A stretch of DNA of 64,000 nt, from assembly GCA_016777225.1 (NCBI GenBank), contig JADHRW010000002.1, positions 1,284-65,283 on the forward strand. The letters run 5' to 3'. This DNA is from Candidatus Thalassarchaeum sp. GTDB lineage: Archaea; Thermoplasmatota; Poseidoniia; Poseidoniales; Thalassarchaeaceae. Below the pieces are notes generated by a model, which was not told where the DNA came from, searched no databases, and worked only from the letters and a program-made list of their open reading frames with translations. The translations under genes were made by a program, and so were the position numbers. This document shows, one piece after another, positions 19,588-28,895 of this stretch (the first letter of the stretch is position 1; the number at the start of each line of letters is the position of its first letter).

Positions 19588-20916
19588 TCAAGGAGTTACT
19601 CTGCGACTATCTCTCGGAAATGGAATTACTTCGCGAATATGATCTGCGCCAGATAGCCAAGTACATACCCTATCTACACCCAATCCAAAACCACCGTGAG
19701 GGACGCCTCCATATCTGCGGGTGTCGATATAAAATTCATATGGTTCACGAGGAGTTCCTTCTTCATCAATACGTTCAAGAATTTCTTTTTCAGACCATGT
19801 CCTTTCGCCACCGCCTATTATTTCGCCATATCCTTCTGGAGCCAGTAAATCATGACAAAGAACATATTTTGGGTCTTCGGGATCTGGACGATGATAAAAT
19901 GGTTTAGCAATTCTTGGGTAATGAGTTAGGAAATGAGGAACTTCAAAATCAGCTGTCAGGATTTTTTCTTTAGAATAATCTAAGTCTTGTCCCCATTCAA
20001 CATCCACCCCTTTACTTTGAAGTATTTCTATTGCCTCATCGTAACGAATTATTGGATATGGAGTATCAGCATATCTAGCAATTAATTCTAAATCTCGGCC
20101 TATACTTGCTAATTCATCTGATCTTTCATCTAATAATGTACTAGCGATATGGCGGACAACTCCTTCTCCATGCTTCATTACTTCGTTATTAGATGCCCAA
20201 GCGATTTCCATTTCTGCATGCCAGAATTCTGTAAGATGACGACGTGTACGTGATTTTTCAGCTCTGAATGAAGGAGCCATCGTATACAGCCTCTCAAGGG
20301 CTGGCATAGCAGCCTCTGCATAAAGTTGCCACGATTGAGTCAAGTATGCTTTACGACCAAAGTATGGCACTTCAAATAGAGTACTACCACCTTCTACTGC
20401 TCCTGCTACAAAATTTGGAGCCTGGTATTCAATGAAATCACGATTACGGAAATATGAGTGTATAGCTCCAAAAACAGATGAACGAATTTTAAGCATGGTA
20501 GTCATTCTACTTGTTCGAAGATATAGATGCCGATTATCTAGTAAGAATTCAGTTTCGCCGCCGTCTGCCTCTGACATTGCTGACTCTGTAATAGGGAATG
20601 GCCTATCAGGATTAACTGCACCAACTATTTCCCCACTTGTAATCTGTATTTCATGACCATGTTCTCTATCGGTGGCTTCTACTTTACCTCTCAAAATAAC
20701 ACTAGATTCAATTAAGGAGCCTTTCAATTCATCAAAGAAATCATCACCTAAAACAGCTCTTTTAGCTACACATTGAATTTTTCCTGTAGAATCTCTAATA
20801 ACAATAAATCGAATTTTATTAGAACCTCGAGAACGATGAATCCATCCCTTTAGTTCAATATCTTGGCCGTCATATTGACCAGCAAGAATGTCATTTATCC
20901 ATGTGTCTTTACTCAT
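19588..20916 (-). CDS. asnS: Class IIb aminoacyl-tRNA synthetase, most likely asparaginyl-tRNA synthetase (archaeal type)
   Basis: Motif 2 FRAEKSRTRRHLTEFWHAEMEIAW has the EFW..E.E pattern of AsnRS. LAPEGYGEIIGGGER. Motif 3 GGFGLGVDRV. The C-terminal FPRDSRRVTP is also reminiscent of archaeal AspRS, so Asp versus Asn specificity is not certain. Confidence 0.7.
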   Translation of the reverse strand: MSKDTWINDILAGQYDGQDIELKGWIHRSRGSNKIRFIVIRDSTGKIQCVAKRAVLGDDFFDELKGSLIESSVILRGKVEATDREHGHEIQITSGEIVGAVNPDRPFPITESAMSEADGGETEFLLDNRHLYLRTSRMTTMLKIRSSVFGAIHSYFRNRDFIEYQAPNFVAGAVEGGSTLFEVPYFGRKAYLTQSWQLYAEAAMPALERLYTMAPSFRAEKSRTRRHLTEFWHAEMEIAWASNNEVMKHGEGVVRHIASTLLDERSDELASIGRDLELIARYADTPYPIIRYDEAIEILQSKGVDVEWGQDLDYSKEKILTADFEVPHFLTHYPRIAKPFYHRPDPEDPKYVLCHDLLAPEGYGEIIGGGERTWSEKEILERIDEEGTPREPYEFYIDTRRYGGVPHGGFGLGVDRVCTWLSGADHIREVIPFPRDSRRVTP

Positions 20917-21034
20917 GTGGCTCGAATCTCCGTGTTTGTGCGTTGGGCCACCAGCATATCAAAGTCAGCCCTAGTACCTCAGTATAATACCCGGGAAATA
21001 AGCCATACAAACCACCAAAATCTGGTGATAAGCA

Positions 21035-21111
21035 TGGCGGGTCTGACGGGGTTCGAACCCGCGACCCCCGGGTTAAAAGCCCGGTGCTCTACCTGACTAA
21101 GCTACAGACCC
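21035..21111 (-). tRNA. tRNA-Lys(UUU), CCA encoded
   Basis: Reverse complement GGGTCTGTAGCTTAGTCAGGTAGAGCACCGGGCTTTTAACCCGGGGGTCGCGGGTTCGAACCCCGTCAGACCCGCCA. Anticodon loop is CTTTTAA. Confidence 0.9.
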
Positions 21112-21133
21112 AGCCTCGCGACAAAGCACCCCT

Positions 21134-21142
21134 CTATAATTA
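21134..21142 (-). promoter_or_regulatory. TATA box of tRNA-Lys(UUU)
   Basis: Minus strand TAATTATAG ends 22 nt upstream of tRNA position 1. The identical element sits upstream of the second Lys gene. Confidence 0.5.
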
Positions 21143-21183
21143 CAACGGGTAAGCAAATACATCGCTTACGCCTAGCAAATTGT

Positions 21184-21260
21184 TGGCGGGTCTGACGGGG
21201 TTCGAACCCGCGGCCTTCCGGTTAAGAGCCGGACGCTCTACCTGACTAAGCTACAGACCC
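21184..21260 (-). tRNA. tRNA-Lys(CUU), CCA encoded
   Basis: Reverse complement GGGTCTGTAGCTTAGTCAGGTAGAGCGTCCGGCTCTTAACCGGAAGGCCGCGGGTTCGAACCCCGTCAGACCCGCCA. Anticodon loop is CTCTTAA. Confidence 0.9.
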
Positions 21261-21282
21261 AGTCTCGCGACTTAGCGCCTAT

Positions 21283-21291
21283 CTATAATTA
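21283..21291 (-). promoter_or_regulatory. TATA box of tRNA-Lys(CUU)
   Basis: Same TAATTATAG element, same 22-nt spacing to the tRNA 5' end. Confidence 0.5.
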
Positions 21292-21309
21292 CAACGGCTA
21301 GAGAAATTG

Positions 21310-22011
21310 TTATCTTAGACACCCTGATTGATTGATTAAAGTCAGAACACCACCATTTGATGCTAAGACTACTGCATCACAAATATCTACGAAAAGCCCT
21401 ACTTCTACAACACCAGCAATACTCAAAAGAGTAATTTCTAAAGATTGAGGGTCAGAAATTGATGCACCAAATCTACAGTCTAGAATATATCCACCATTAT
21501 CGGTAATGAATGGAGAAGAGCCACCGCGCAATGAAACTTTACCGGGGCACATAGATGAAATCCGATCTCTAGTTCTTTCCCATTCAAATGGTAATACTTC
21601 TACTGGTAAATCAAATGCTCCAAGTACTGATACTTGTTTCCTATCATCAGCTACTACAACCATTGATTTAGATGATTGAGCAACTATTTTTTCTCTTGTC
21701 AGAGCACCACCTCCTCCTTTAATCAAAGAAAAATTATCATCGAATTCATCCGCGCCATCGATAATCAAATCTAAACCACCAGATTCTGCCAATGTGATCA
21801 AAGGAATTCCTACTTTTTCTGCTAGTTCTCTTGTAACCTCACTTGTTGGCACACCAACGACATTTAATCCTTCGTCAGATATTCTTCGCCCAATTTCGAT
21901 AACTGTATAATGAACAGTGGAACCGGTCCCTAAACCTAATTTCATACCATCTTTGATAAAATCACAAGCAGCAATACCTGCTTTTGATTTGAGTCTCTCG
22001 ACGTCGTCCAT
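21310..22011 (-). CDS. rpiA: Ribose-5-phosphate isomerase A
   Basis: Family blocks LGLGTGST, IDGADE, KGGGGALTREK. ATG at 22011 (MDDVERLK...) fits family length better than the longest ORF start at 22062. Confidence 0.9.
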   Translation of the reverse strand: MDDVERLKSKAGIAACDFIKDGMKLGLGTGSTVHYTVIEIGRRISDEGLNVVGVPTSEVTRELAEKVGIPLITLAESGGLDLIIDGADEFDDNFSLIKGGGGALTREKIVAQSSKSMVVVADDRKQVSVLGAFDLPVEVLPFEWERTRDRISSMCPGKVSLRGGSSPFITDNGGYILDCRFGASISDPQSLEITLLSIAGVVEVGLFVDICDAVVLASNGGVLTLINQSGCLR

Positions 22012-22107
22012 GATGATTTCGAGAAGGTAGAGTATCATGATGTTTTCCAATATAATATACATTATCGGTTAATATGTATGACCGAGAAGTTCATTCGAAG
22101 AGAGCGT

Positions 22108-22425
22108 TTCGAAGATTCGAGGGAGCAGGAGGGTCACTGACAGTGTACGACACTGAGGAAAGTCCCCTCTCCAAGATGCAAGCGGTCCGGTTAACGCCGG
22201 AGATCTGGGAAGGTCGGCTCTGTAATAGAAACGAACTGCATCAGATGTGTACTGTGAATCCGAAAGGAAGAGGTTGTCTGATTGTAGATGGAACGAGCAA
22301 CCCCGCTGGAGCAAGTCCAAGCAGTCCTGTATGGCATCAACAGGGACAGGTAGGACGCTAAGTTGAATGTGACCAGCTGAAAAGTGAACAGAAAGGGGCT
22401 TACTCCCTGCACCCTCACTTTCGAA
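22108..22425 (+). ncRNA. rnpB: RNase P RNA (archaeal type-A-like); ends approximate
   Basis: Universal CR-I GAGGAAAGTCC at 22155-22165. CR-V-like ACAGAAAGGGGCTTAC at 22388-22403. The 5' GAGGGAGCAGGAG (22119-) pairs with the 3' CTCCCTGCACCCTC (22404-22416), and flanking TTCGAA/TTCGAA gives P1/P2-like closure. Local GC rise. Only short, mutually overlapping ORFs on both strands. Confidence 0.85.
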
Positions 22426-22455
22426 TATAATGCGTAGCGTATAAAGTTAGAATAA

Positions 22456-25400
22456 TCAAATTGAGTCATCGAATATAACGGCATTCAATATAGGCTCTGA
22501 TAAAGAACCACTATCTTCGTAATCTAGCCATGAACCTTTGCCCATAATCTGAGAGGTAAATTCTTTCTGGAGAACAATAATAGAAGGTAGAAGAATAGAG
22601 CTTGTTAACAAAGCAAGTATTAGCAATACCATCATTAGCACAAAAAAGTTCTGTAAACCAGGTATCGATACGAATAATCCGGCAGAAAGTCCGGCACATG
22701 TAGTTGCAGTCGTTTCGAATATTGTTTGTCCTGTCTTTGATACTGATTTGACTATTCCAGCAGGAGTCTCGCCCTCGTCTTTTATCCGATCTACAATATG
22801 TATAGAGTCATCAACTCCAATTCCAAATACAATCGTTCCAATCATTGCAGTAAATACATTCACACCCACGCCACCAAATCTCATCAGTATTGGCTGCCAT
22901 AATACAACCACGGCTACAGCAGACATGGTGAAAATTGCCAATCTCGGCGATCTGAATAAGAATGCCATAGTAATTAGTAGAATGAACATAGTCCAAATTG
23001 TAGTCAGGCTCTGAGCTCTATGTATTCCTGAATTGATATCAATAGACACAGGTAAACCACCTGTAAGTAATGAATTATACGTATTATCTACATCTATCGC
23101 TGTGCACTTCAGAACTGTGATGCACTTATCCTCACCTTGGAGTATATCATCGATTGCATTTCGAAGAACAGTAGCATCTTCAAGATTAATATAAGGTTGG
23201 TTTGCATAAACTAATGTTTTTGTTTCTCCCATGCCATTATCTGCATTCATTAACATAGAACGTATTTCTGGAGAAAGTGTATCAAAAGCAATATTTACCA
23301 TATCCTCTCTACTAGAAACTGAATATGCCCAACACTCAGGGCTCAAAGGATTTTCAAGAGGATTTGACTTATCCCAACATTCATCATGTAAAATTTCCCA
23401 AAGGCTTTGGTCATAAATTTCTAGACCCGATAAATTCACATCAACATGAATTGCTTTGAGGACATTAACTAAACTGATTGTATCTGTTTCGGGAACATTG
23501 TCTACAAATATTTGTAAATTCTCAATAGAATCTAATATTGGTAAATCGCGTATTGGAGCTGTACCATTTACCACACCTCTTTCTTCAGCATTAACTATGA
23601 ACATATTCACTTGGCCGCCCTCAAATACTGCACTATATTCACGTAAAGTTTCATATGACTCAAGATTAGGAGGGACTTCATCTGGACCTGCTTGTATTTG
23701 TTGCCCCATTGTTTCTGCAAAAACCACTGCCCCATAACCAGAGAATCCTACTGCAATCAGAATTACCAAAAGAGTAGCACGGACTGGAATCTCACCTATC
23801 CTATCCCAAAGTCTATCGAACATTTTGTTGGGACCTTTTCTATACTTAAGCAATTCAACCAAAGCAGGAACCATTATCATTGACATGAAGAAAGTAACTA
23901 CAATACCTAATAGAAGAGTAATTCCAACTGTACGCATTGGCTGTATAGGTACTAAGAAAGTCCAAGTTAAGACGCTGAAACCAATTATTGTAGTCAAAGC
24001 AGAGAGTAAAATAGCATTCCCGGTAGTCAAAGCAGCTTTGACAGTAGCTGTTAGACTAATCATTGGATCCCAAGGATCAATATTCTCTATCTCTATTCCA
24101 TCTCTATTAGATGCCCATGCCTTTTCTAAACGTTCTTCTATTATTTCCACTCGATTTTCTTCTATTCGATTTGTTAAATGTAAAGAGTAGTCGACCCCTA
24201 AACCAACAAGTATTGGGCCTGCTGAAATTATCATTGGAGTCAGCATTACATCGAAAATAACAGTGATACCGAATGTAATTGCTAAACTCATCGCAATAGG
24301 TAATCCACCAACAATTATCACTTTCGGGTTCCTATGGAGAATAAGCATAGTTAGACAAACAAGTACTGCACTTATTGGGAGCATTGTGTCTACTAATTCA
24401 TCATAAATAGAATCCGAAACATCGTGAAGAACTGGAGTTAAACCTGTAATAGTAACGGCTTTTCTTTGAGGAATATCCTCAATTCGCTCTAAATCCATAG
24501 TAGTTGTAGGATTGGAGTAATAACGATAACATAATTCGCAATTAGACAATGATTCTTCATAAATCAACTTATCAGCATATGCAATGAAAGCCTTGTGATC
24601 TTTAACTAAACCATTTTTCGTATCTTCTCTTGATGGGATATCGGTACCTTCCATATCAAAAATAATACCCATTACTATGACACCAGTGTCCCATATTCCG
24701 TCATTATTAGTATCCCTAACAAAAGATTCCAATAAAGAACCTGTTTGATCTACTAAATTGTCAATTCTTTCTTGTTCATCCGGTATAGAATAACCTTCAT
24801 ATGGGTTTAAATTAGATACCGCACAATCTTCACTTTGACCAGTAGGAAGACCGTACTTTTCAACAGCACAGTTAAATCGATAACTTGAAGAGTTTGCCTC
24901 TTTAATTATCTGAGAGGGGGAGAGAATCCAGATTACTCCATCTATTTCACCTCTATCATCCTTGTACTGATCTAACCCCGACTGATAACCACCCTTTCCT
25001 TTGTTTTTATCATCACCCTCTAACCAAGATAATTGTTGAAGAATATTAGCATCAGTTATGTTTTCATCACCATGCTCATTTCCGGTTGCGGCATTATTTG
25101 TTTGAATATAGAGAATGAAAATATCGGTTGCCCATGGTGCTTCACGAACATCTAACAGTAACTCTGTTGAATCTGCTCCATCTGGAAGATATATCTCTAC
25201 ATCTCCATTAATTTGTTGTTCAAAACTCATAGCATCTTTACCAATTAATGCAGTTGTTAAAAGAAGTAAGGCAATTATGAAGCCGGGACTTCTCAAAACA
25301 GCGGAATAGGTTAATTCCGCTATACGTATTGAAGTAGATGTTGCAACATTATTAGCATCTTCTAATAATTGAGCACTCGTTTCGTATACATCACCCAATG

Positions 25401-25617
25401 GACTGGCAAATACGGATTTTTTGAATGTAATTGAAGCATCCCTGATTGGAGATAAAAATTTGTAAAAACGTTCCCTAAAAACAACTTCGTCATCTATGTC
25501 AATGACTGTTTTAGGAGCATCCTGTTCGCCACTAGGCACATCTTCCACATACGCTGCCCTTAGTGGAACCAAATGAAATAATCGCATGTAATTATACAAA
25601 GACTTTGAAATAAGCAT
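22456..25617 (-). CDS. RND-superfamily membrane transporter (COG1033 / MMPL / HpnN-like, sterol-sensing-domain-type TM bundles)
   Basis: 1053 aa in two halves. Each half has a large extracytoplasmic loop followed by about 5 TM helices with the diagnostic GLGVDYSLHL and GIGVDDSIHI motifs. Confidence 0.85.
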   Translation of the reverse strand: MLISKSLYNYMRLFHLVPLRAAYVEDVPSGEQDAPKTVIDIDDEVVFRERFYKFLSPIRDASITFKKSVFASPLGDVYETSAQLLEDANNVATSTSIRIAELTYSAVLRSPGFIIALLLLTTALIGKDAMSFEQQINGDVEIYLPDGADSTELLLDVREAPWATDIFILYIQTNNAATGNEHGDENITDANILQQLSWLEGDDKNKGKGGYQSGLDQYKDDRGEIDGVIWILSPSQIIKEANSSSYRFNCAVEKYGLPTGQSEDCAVSNLNPYEGYSIPDEQERIDNLVDQTGSLLESFVRDTNNDGIWDTGVIVMGIIFDMEGTDIPSREDTKNGLVKDHKAFIAYADKLIYEESLSNCELCYRYYSNPTTTMDLERIEDIPQRKAVTITGLTPVLHDVSDSIYDELVDTMLPISAVLVCLTMLILHRNPKVIIVGGLPIAMSLAITFGITVIFDVMLTPMIISAGPILVGLGVDYSLHLTNRIEENRVEIIEERLEKAWASNRDGIEIENIDPWDPMISLTATVKAALTTGNAILLSALTTIIGFSVLTWTFLVPIQPMRTVGITLLLGIVVTFFMSMIMVPALVELLKYRKGPNKMFDRLWDRIGEIPVRATLLVILIAVGFSGYGAVVFAETMGQQIQAGPDEVPPNLESYETLREYSAVFEGGQVNMFIVNAEERGVVNGTAPIRDLPILDSIENLQIFVDNVPETDTISLVNVLKAIHVDVNLSGLEIYDQSLWEILHDECWDKSNPLENPLSPECWAYSVSSREDMVNIAFDTLSPEIRSMLMNADNGMGETKTLVYANQPYINLEDATVLRNAIDDILQGEDKCITVLKCTAIDVDNTYNSLLTGGLPVSIDINSGIHRAQSLTTIWTMFILLITMAFLFRSPRLAIFTMSAVAVVVLWQPILMRFGGVGVNVFTAMIGTIVFGIGVDDSIHIVDRIKDEGETPAGIVKSVSKTGQTIFETTATTCAGLSAGLFVSIPGLQNFFVLMMVLLILALLTSSILLPSIIVLQKEFTSQIMGKGSWLDYEDSGSLSEPILNAVIFDDSI

Positions 25618-25735
25618 AATTTTTTATTTTCTAAGTAACTAAATTTATTTAAAATATCTATATTTTTTTTCTCCAACATACAGAGCGAGTATACGAATTA
25701 CTGAAAGTTAATGAGTGTCTCGGCTAAATGATAAT

Positions 25736-26422
25736 ATGGCGAGACGCAGGAAATCTTTAGCTCCAAAAGGAAGAGATGATGATGTCAGAATAATTGCAGG
25801 ATTTGCATTAGGTTCTATACTTACTGCGATAATGATACTAGTAGTTGTAATAGCACCACCTGCTACTATTGGACCCAGTGAAGGTGAACTAGCACCAGAT
25901 TTTAGCACAGACGCATATAGCGGTGCTAATTGGGAAAATTTCAGACTTTCAGATTCTTTTGATTATGAATGGAATGCTGATGAACAAGGAGAATGGATAT
26001 TGATTCAGTTCATAGATACTGATTGCCCATATTGCTGGACTGAGGGAGAAACTATGAGTAGTCTGCATTCACAATGGTCAAATGATGTAGAATTCATAAC
26101 GATAGCAGTTGAACTTTCGATTAATGGACATGACAGTGACCGGGCTGAAATAGAGGCTTTTCGGGATAAAACTAATTATGGGACTGATGACAATGATGGG
26201 AATGGTTGTAATTCAGGTAGAGATAATTGTATTAATCGCCCAGGAACAGTACATAACTGGGTTTATGCCGAGGCCACGAGTGGAATAATGAGCGATTGGG
26301 AAATCACTGGAACACCATTCTTAGCGATATTACAACCTGATGGATATGTTGCATGGAATCAATATGAGAATGATGAAAGTATTGAGGATGCTATGGAAAG
26401 ATTAGTTGGTGGTTCTCAATGA
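25736..26422 (+). CDS. Membrane-anchored thioredoxin-fold thiol:disulfide oxidoreductase (TlpA/redoxin-like, CPYC)
   Basis: N-terminal TM (IIAGFALGSILTAIMILVVVIA), then WILIQFIDTDCPYCWTEGE. The longest ORF begins at GTG 25715; the ATG is at 25736. Its stop overlaps the next start (ATGA). Confidence 0.75.
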   Translation: MARRRKSLAPKGRDDDVRIIAGFALGSILTAIMILVVVIAPPATIGPSEGELAPDFSTDAYSGANWENFRLSDSFDYEWNADEQGEWILIQFIDTDCPYCWTEGETMSSLHSQWSNDVEFITIAVELSINGHDSDRAEIEAFRDKTNYGTDDNDGNGCNSGRDNCINRPGTVHNWVYAEATSGIMSDWEITGTPFLAILQPDGYVAWNQYENDESIEDAMERLVGGSQ

Positions 26423-26988
26423 ATGAGGCTTTAACTGACCCTATTTTGTTAAGTTTTATTGCAGGTCTTGGAATTAGTGGATATTATATGACAAGAGATA
26501 ATTTCAAAACTACAAGTCTTCTAATCTCATCATTATTATTTGCAGGAATAGGAATAGTTTCTTCAAGTTATACGTATATAATTCATAATAAAATGGTAGT
26601 TCAAGGAACTACTTCATTCTGTTCATCAGAAGGCATTGTTCAATGTGGATCTGTAATTGGAGACCCTACATGGAATAACCTGTTTGGAGTCCCATGGGGA
26701 ATATTTGGAATAATTTCATTTGCTTTATTGATATATTTGAGTTTGTCATTATATCTTGACAGACATGCTAAATGGGCAGAAAGTTACTTACAATATTCAT
26801 GGTGGGCAGGGTTAGCAGGATTACCTTTTGTTGCTTTATTAGTGATAATTGAATTAACACAAGTTGAAGGTGCCCCACATATATGCCCTTTCTGTACAGT
26901 AGCACATGTTTCTTTAATTGGATATGTGTTAACAATTTACTATCTAAAAAATAATCAAATGAATGGCAAATGGGTAGATTCGGAGTGA
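26419..26988 (+). CDS. Vitamin K epoxide reductase (VKOR) family membrane protein
   Basis: Polytopic protein. The loop Cys pair and downstream block FCSSEGIVQCGSVIGDPTWNNLFGVPWGIFG match the pattern C-x7-C ... GxP. There is an intramembrane CxxC (HICPFCTVAH). Confidence 0.8.
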   Translation: MNEALTDPILLSFIAGLGISGYYMTRDNFKTTSLLISSLLFAGIGIVSSSYTYIIHNKMVVQGTTSFCSSEGIVQCGSVIGDPTWNNLFGVPWGIFGIISFALLIYLSLSLYLDRHAKWAESYLQYSWWAGLAGLPFVALLVIIELTQVEGAPHICPFCTVAHVSLIGYVLTIYYLKNNQMNGKWVDSE

Positions 26989-27935
26989 TGAAAATGGAAT
27001 TAGTTACAGGAGGAGCAGGTTTTATTGGTTCGCACTTAGTAGATTCTTTGGTATCTAAAGGTCTAAAAGTTCGAGTATTAGATAATTTTAGTAGTGGTCG
27101 AGAAGAATTTCTCGAACATCATTCAGGAACAAATAATGTAGAAATAGTTGTTGCTGACTTACTAGATTTAGATGCTGTTAAAGAAGCAATGAAAGGAGTA
27201 CATACAGTACACCATCTAGCTGCAAATCCAGATATCAGATTAGGGACTGAAATAACGGATACGGATCTACAACAAGGAACTATTGCTACATACAATGTAC
27301 TAGAGGCAATGCGTCATAATGATGTTAAAAGAATCTCATTCTCTTCATCGAGTGCAATATATGGTGAAGCAAGTGTTATGCCAACTCCTGAGACATATGG
27401 GCCAGTTTTACCAATCTCACTTTATGGTGCGTCTAAATTAGCCTCTGAGGCTTTGATTAGCGCATGGTGTGGCACATTTGGAGGTGAGGCATGGATACAT
27501 AGATTTGCAAATATTGTTGGTCCAAGAGGAACTCATGGAGTGATTTATGATTTCATACATAAACTGAAAAAAGATCCAACTAGATTAGAAGTTCTAGGTA
27601 ATGGATTACAAGAAAAATCATATATGTCGACAGAAGATTGTGTTAGAGCAATGGGGCATTTAATTGATAACGCACCAGATAGAGTCAGTCTATACAATTT
27701 AGGAACTGGCGACACGTGTTCAGTTAGAAGAATTGCAGAAATTGTTGTAGAAGAAAGTGGTTTGGAAAATGTTTCAATTGAATATACAGGAGGAGATAGA
27801 GGTTGGGCAGGAGATGTTCCAAAAACATCACTTGATGTAGAGTATTTATTTTCAACTAATTTTCAGCCAAAAATGCAGTCAGAAGACGCAATAAGATACA
27901 CTGTCATAGAATTGATTAAAGAGATTGGTCTTTAA
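26988..27935 (+). CDS. NAD-dependent nucleoside-diphosphate-sugar epimerase/dehydratase
   Basis: MKMELVTGGAGFIGSHLV Rossmann motif and YGASKLASE (YxxxK). ATG 26988 overlaps the VKOR stop (TGATG). The longest ORF starts at 26970. Confidence 0.85.
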   Translation: MKMELVTGGAGFIGSHLVDSLVSKGLKVRVLDNFSSGREEFLEHHSGTNNVEIVVADLLDLDAVKEAMKGVHTVHHLAANPDIRLGTEITDTDLQQGTIATYNVLEAMRHNDVKRISFSSSSAIYGEASVMPTPETYGPVLPISLYGASKLASEALISAWCGTFGGEAWIHRFANIVGPRGTHGVIYDFIHKLKKDPTRLEVLGNGLQEKSYMSTEDCVRAMGHLIDNAPDRVSLYNLGTGDTCSVRRIAEIVVEESGLENVSIEYTGGDRGWAGDVPKTSLDVEYLFSTNFQPKMQSEDAIRYTVIELIKEIGL

Positions 27936-28839
27936 GTAAAATCATAGTAGAAATTAATATTATTATCAAAATAGGTACAAAAATACTGATTCCATTATTG
28001 TTTGAAGATTCTCCTAGTGAAATAGCAACTGCACCTAATGTAGACCTCTCTCCATCTATTATATATTCATGTGCAGCAACAATAGATACGTCATTTATAT
28101 CTTCATTAACTAATAAATAATTCAGGTTAATTGTGTATCCATCAGAATTTTTCACCATAGAAACATTAGAAAAACCCGAATTGAAATTAGAATCAGATAG
28201 CACTATATCTGCAGATTGGTTTTCATGAAAATCAATATTTAGATACCCCCTTGGCACATCTTCATGAAGTGTAATTCCATTTGTAGCTAATGACTGATTA
28301 ATCGTCATATCTGACAATAGAAAAATACTTCCTTGAGAATTATTGATATTGCTATTAGGTCGAAAATTAATGATTAATTTGAGAGAATTAGTAGTTATTT
28401 CCTCAGATACAGAGATTGAAATCATAGTATCTTTATCTCTAAGTCCTTCCGAATTAAGTAATGCTCTATCTAAATCAACTGGTGCAACTAATCCCTTTAT
28501 CTCATTACCACTATCAAACCAAAATGAAGGTGCTAAATTTAGACCATCGTCATAGTTAGATAATCTTTCAGTGGTTATTGAATCCCCAAGTGGATCACTT
28601 ACAGGATCGTGCAACGCAATTCTAATTATTCGTGAACCTCGATCGTCTACGAAATTACTAATCCAAGGATCTACCTTAGCACAAACATCGCACCAAGTAG
28701 CAGTATACTGTTCCATTATTACTGAATTACCACCTTCGATAAACCAATTATCATTATCTTCTTCCGCTATAGAAATAGTAGGAATGAAAATCATGAACAA
28801 CAAAAAAATTGCAATATAGAATCTTGATTTTTCTCTCAT
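27916..28839 (-). CDS. Secreted/anchored thioredoxin-like protein (WCDVC) with C-terminal TM
   Basis: Start at ATG 28839 gives MREKSRFYIAIFLLFMIFIPTISIA (signal). Then EQYTATWCDVCAKVDPW. C-terminal TM ISIFVPILIIILISTMILL. The longest ORF (to 28980) would overlap rlmE. Confidence 0.6.
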   Translation of the reverse strand: MREKSRFYIAIFLLFMIFIPTISIAEEDNDNWFIEGGNSVIMEQYTATWCDVCAKVDPWISNFVDDRGSRIIRIALHDPVSDPLGDSITTERLSNYDDGLNLAPSFWFDSGNEIKGLVAPVDLDRALLNSEGLRDKDTMISISVSEEITTNSLKLIINFRPNSNINNSQGSIFLLSDMTINQSLATNGITLHEDVPRGYLNIDFHENQSADIVLSDSNFNSGFSNVSMVKNSDGYTINLNYLLVNEDINDVSIVAAHEYIIDGERSTLGAVAISLGESSNNNGISIFVPILIIILISTMILLKDQSL

Positions 28840-28895
28840 CTGAATAGTCCTAAACGGTTCCACTTCATAACTAAGAGGCCTGACGATGCTCACAG

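Noticed and set aside
20863-21096. 77-aa + strand ORF.
   Set aside because: It spans the asnS start region and runs into the tRNA-Lys(UUU) gene, so it is an artefact.
22069-22484. Three listed ORFs (83, 95, 97 aa) overlapping on both strands.
   Set aside because: The region carries the RNase P RNA conserved elements (GAGGAAAGTCC, ACAGAAAGGGGCTTAC) and terminal pairing. The ORFs are by-products of a GC-richer structured RNA.
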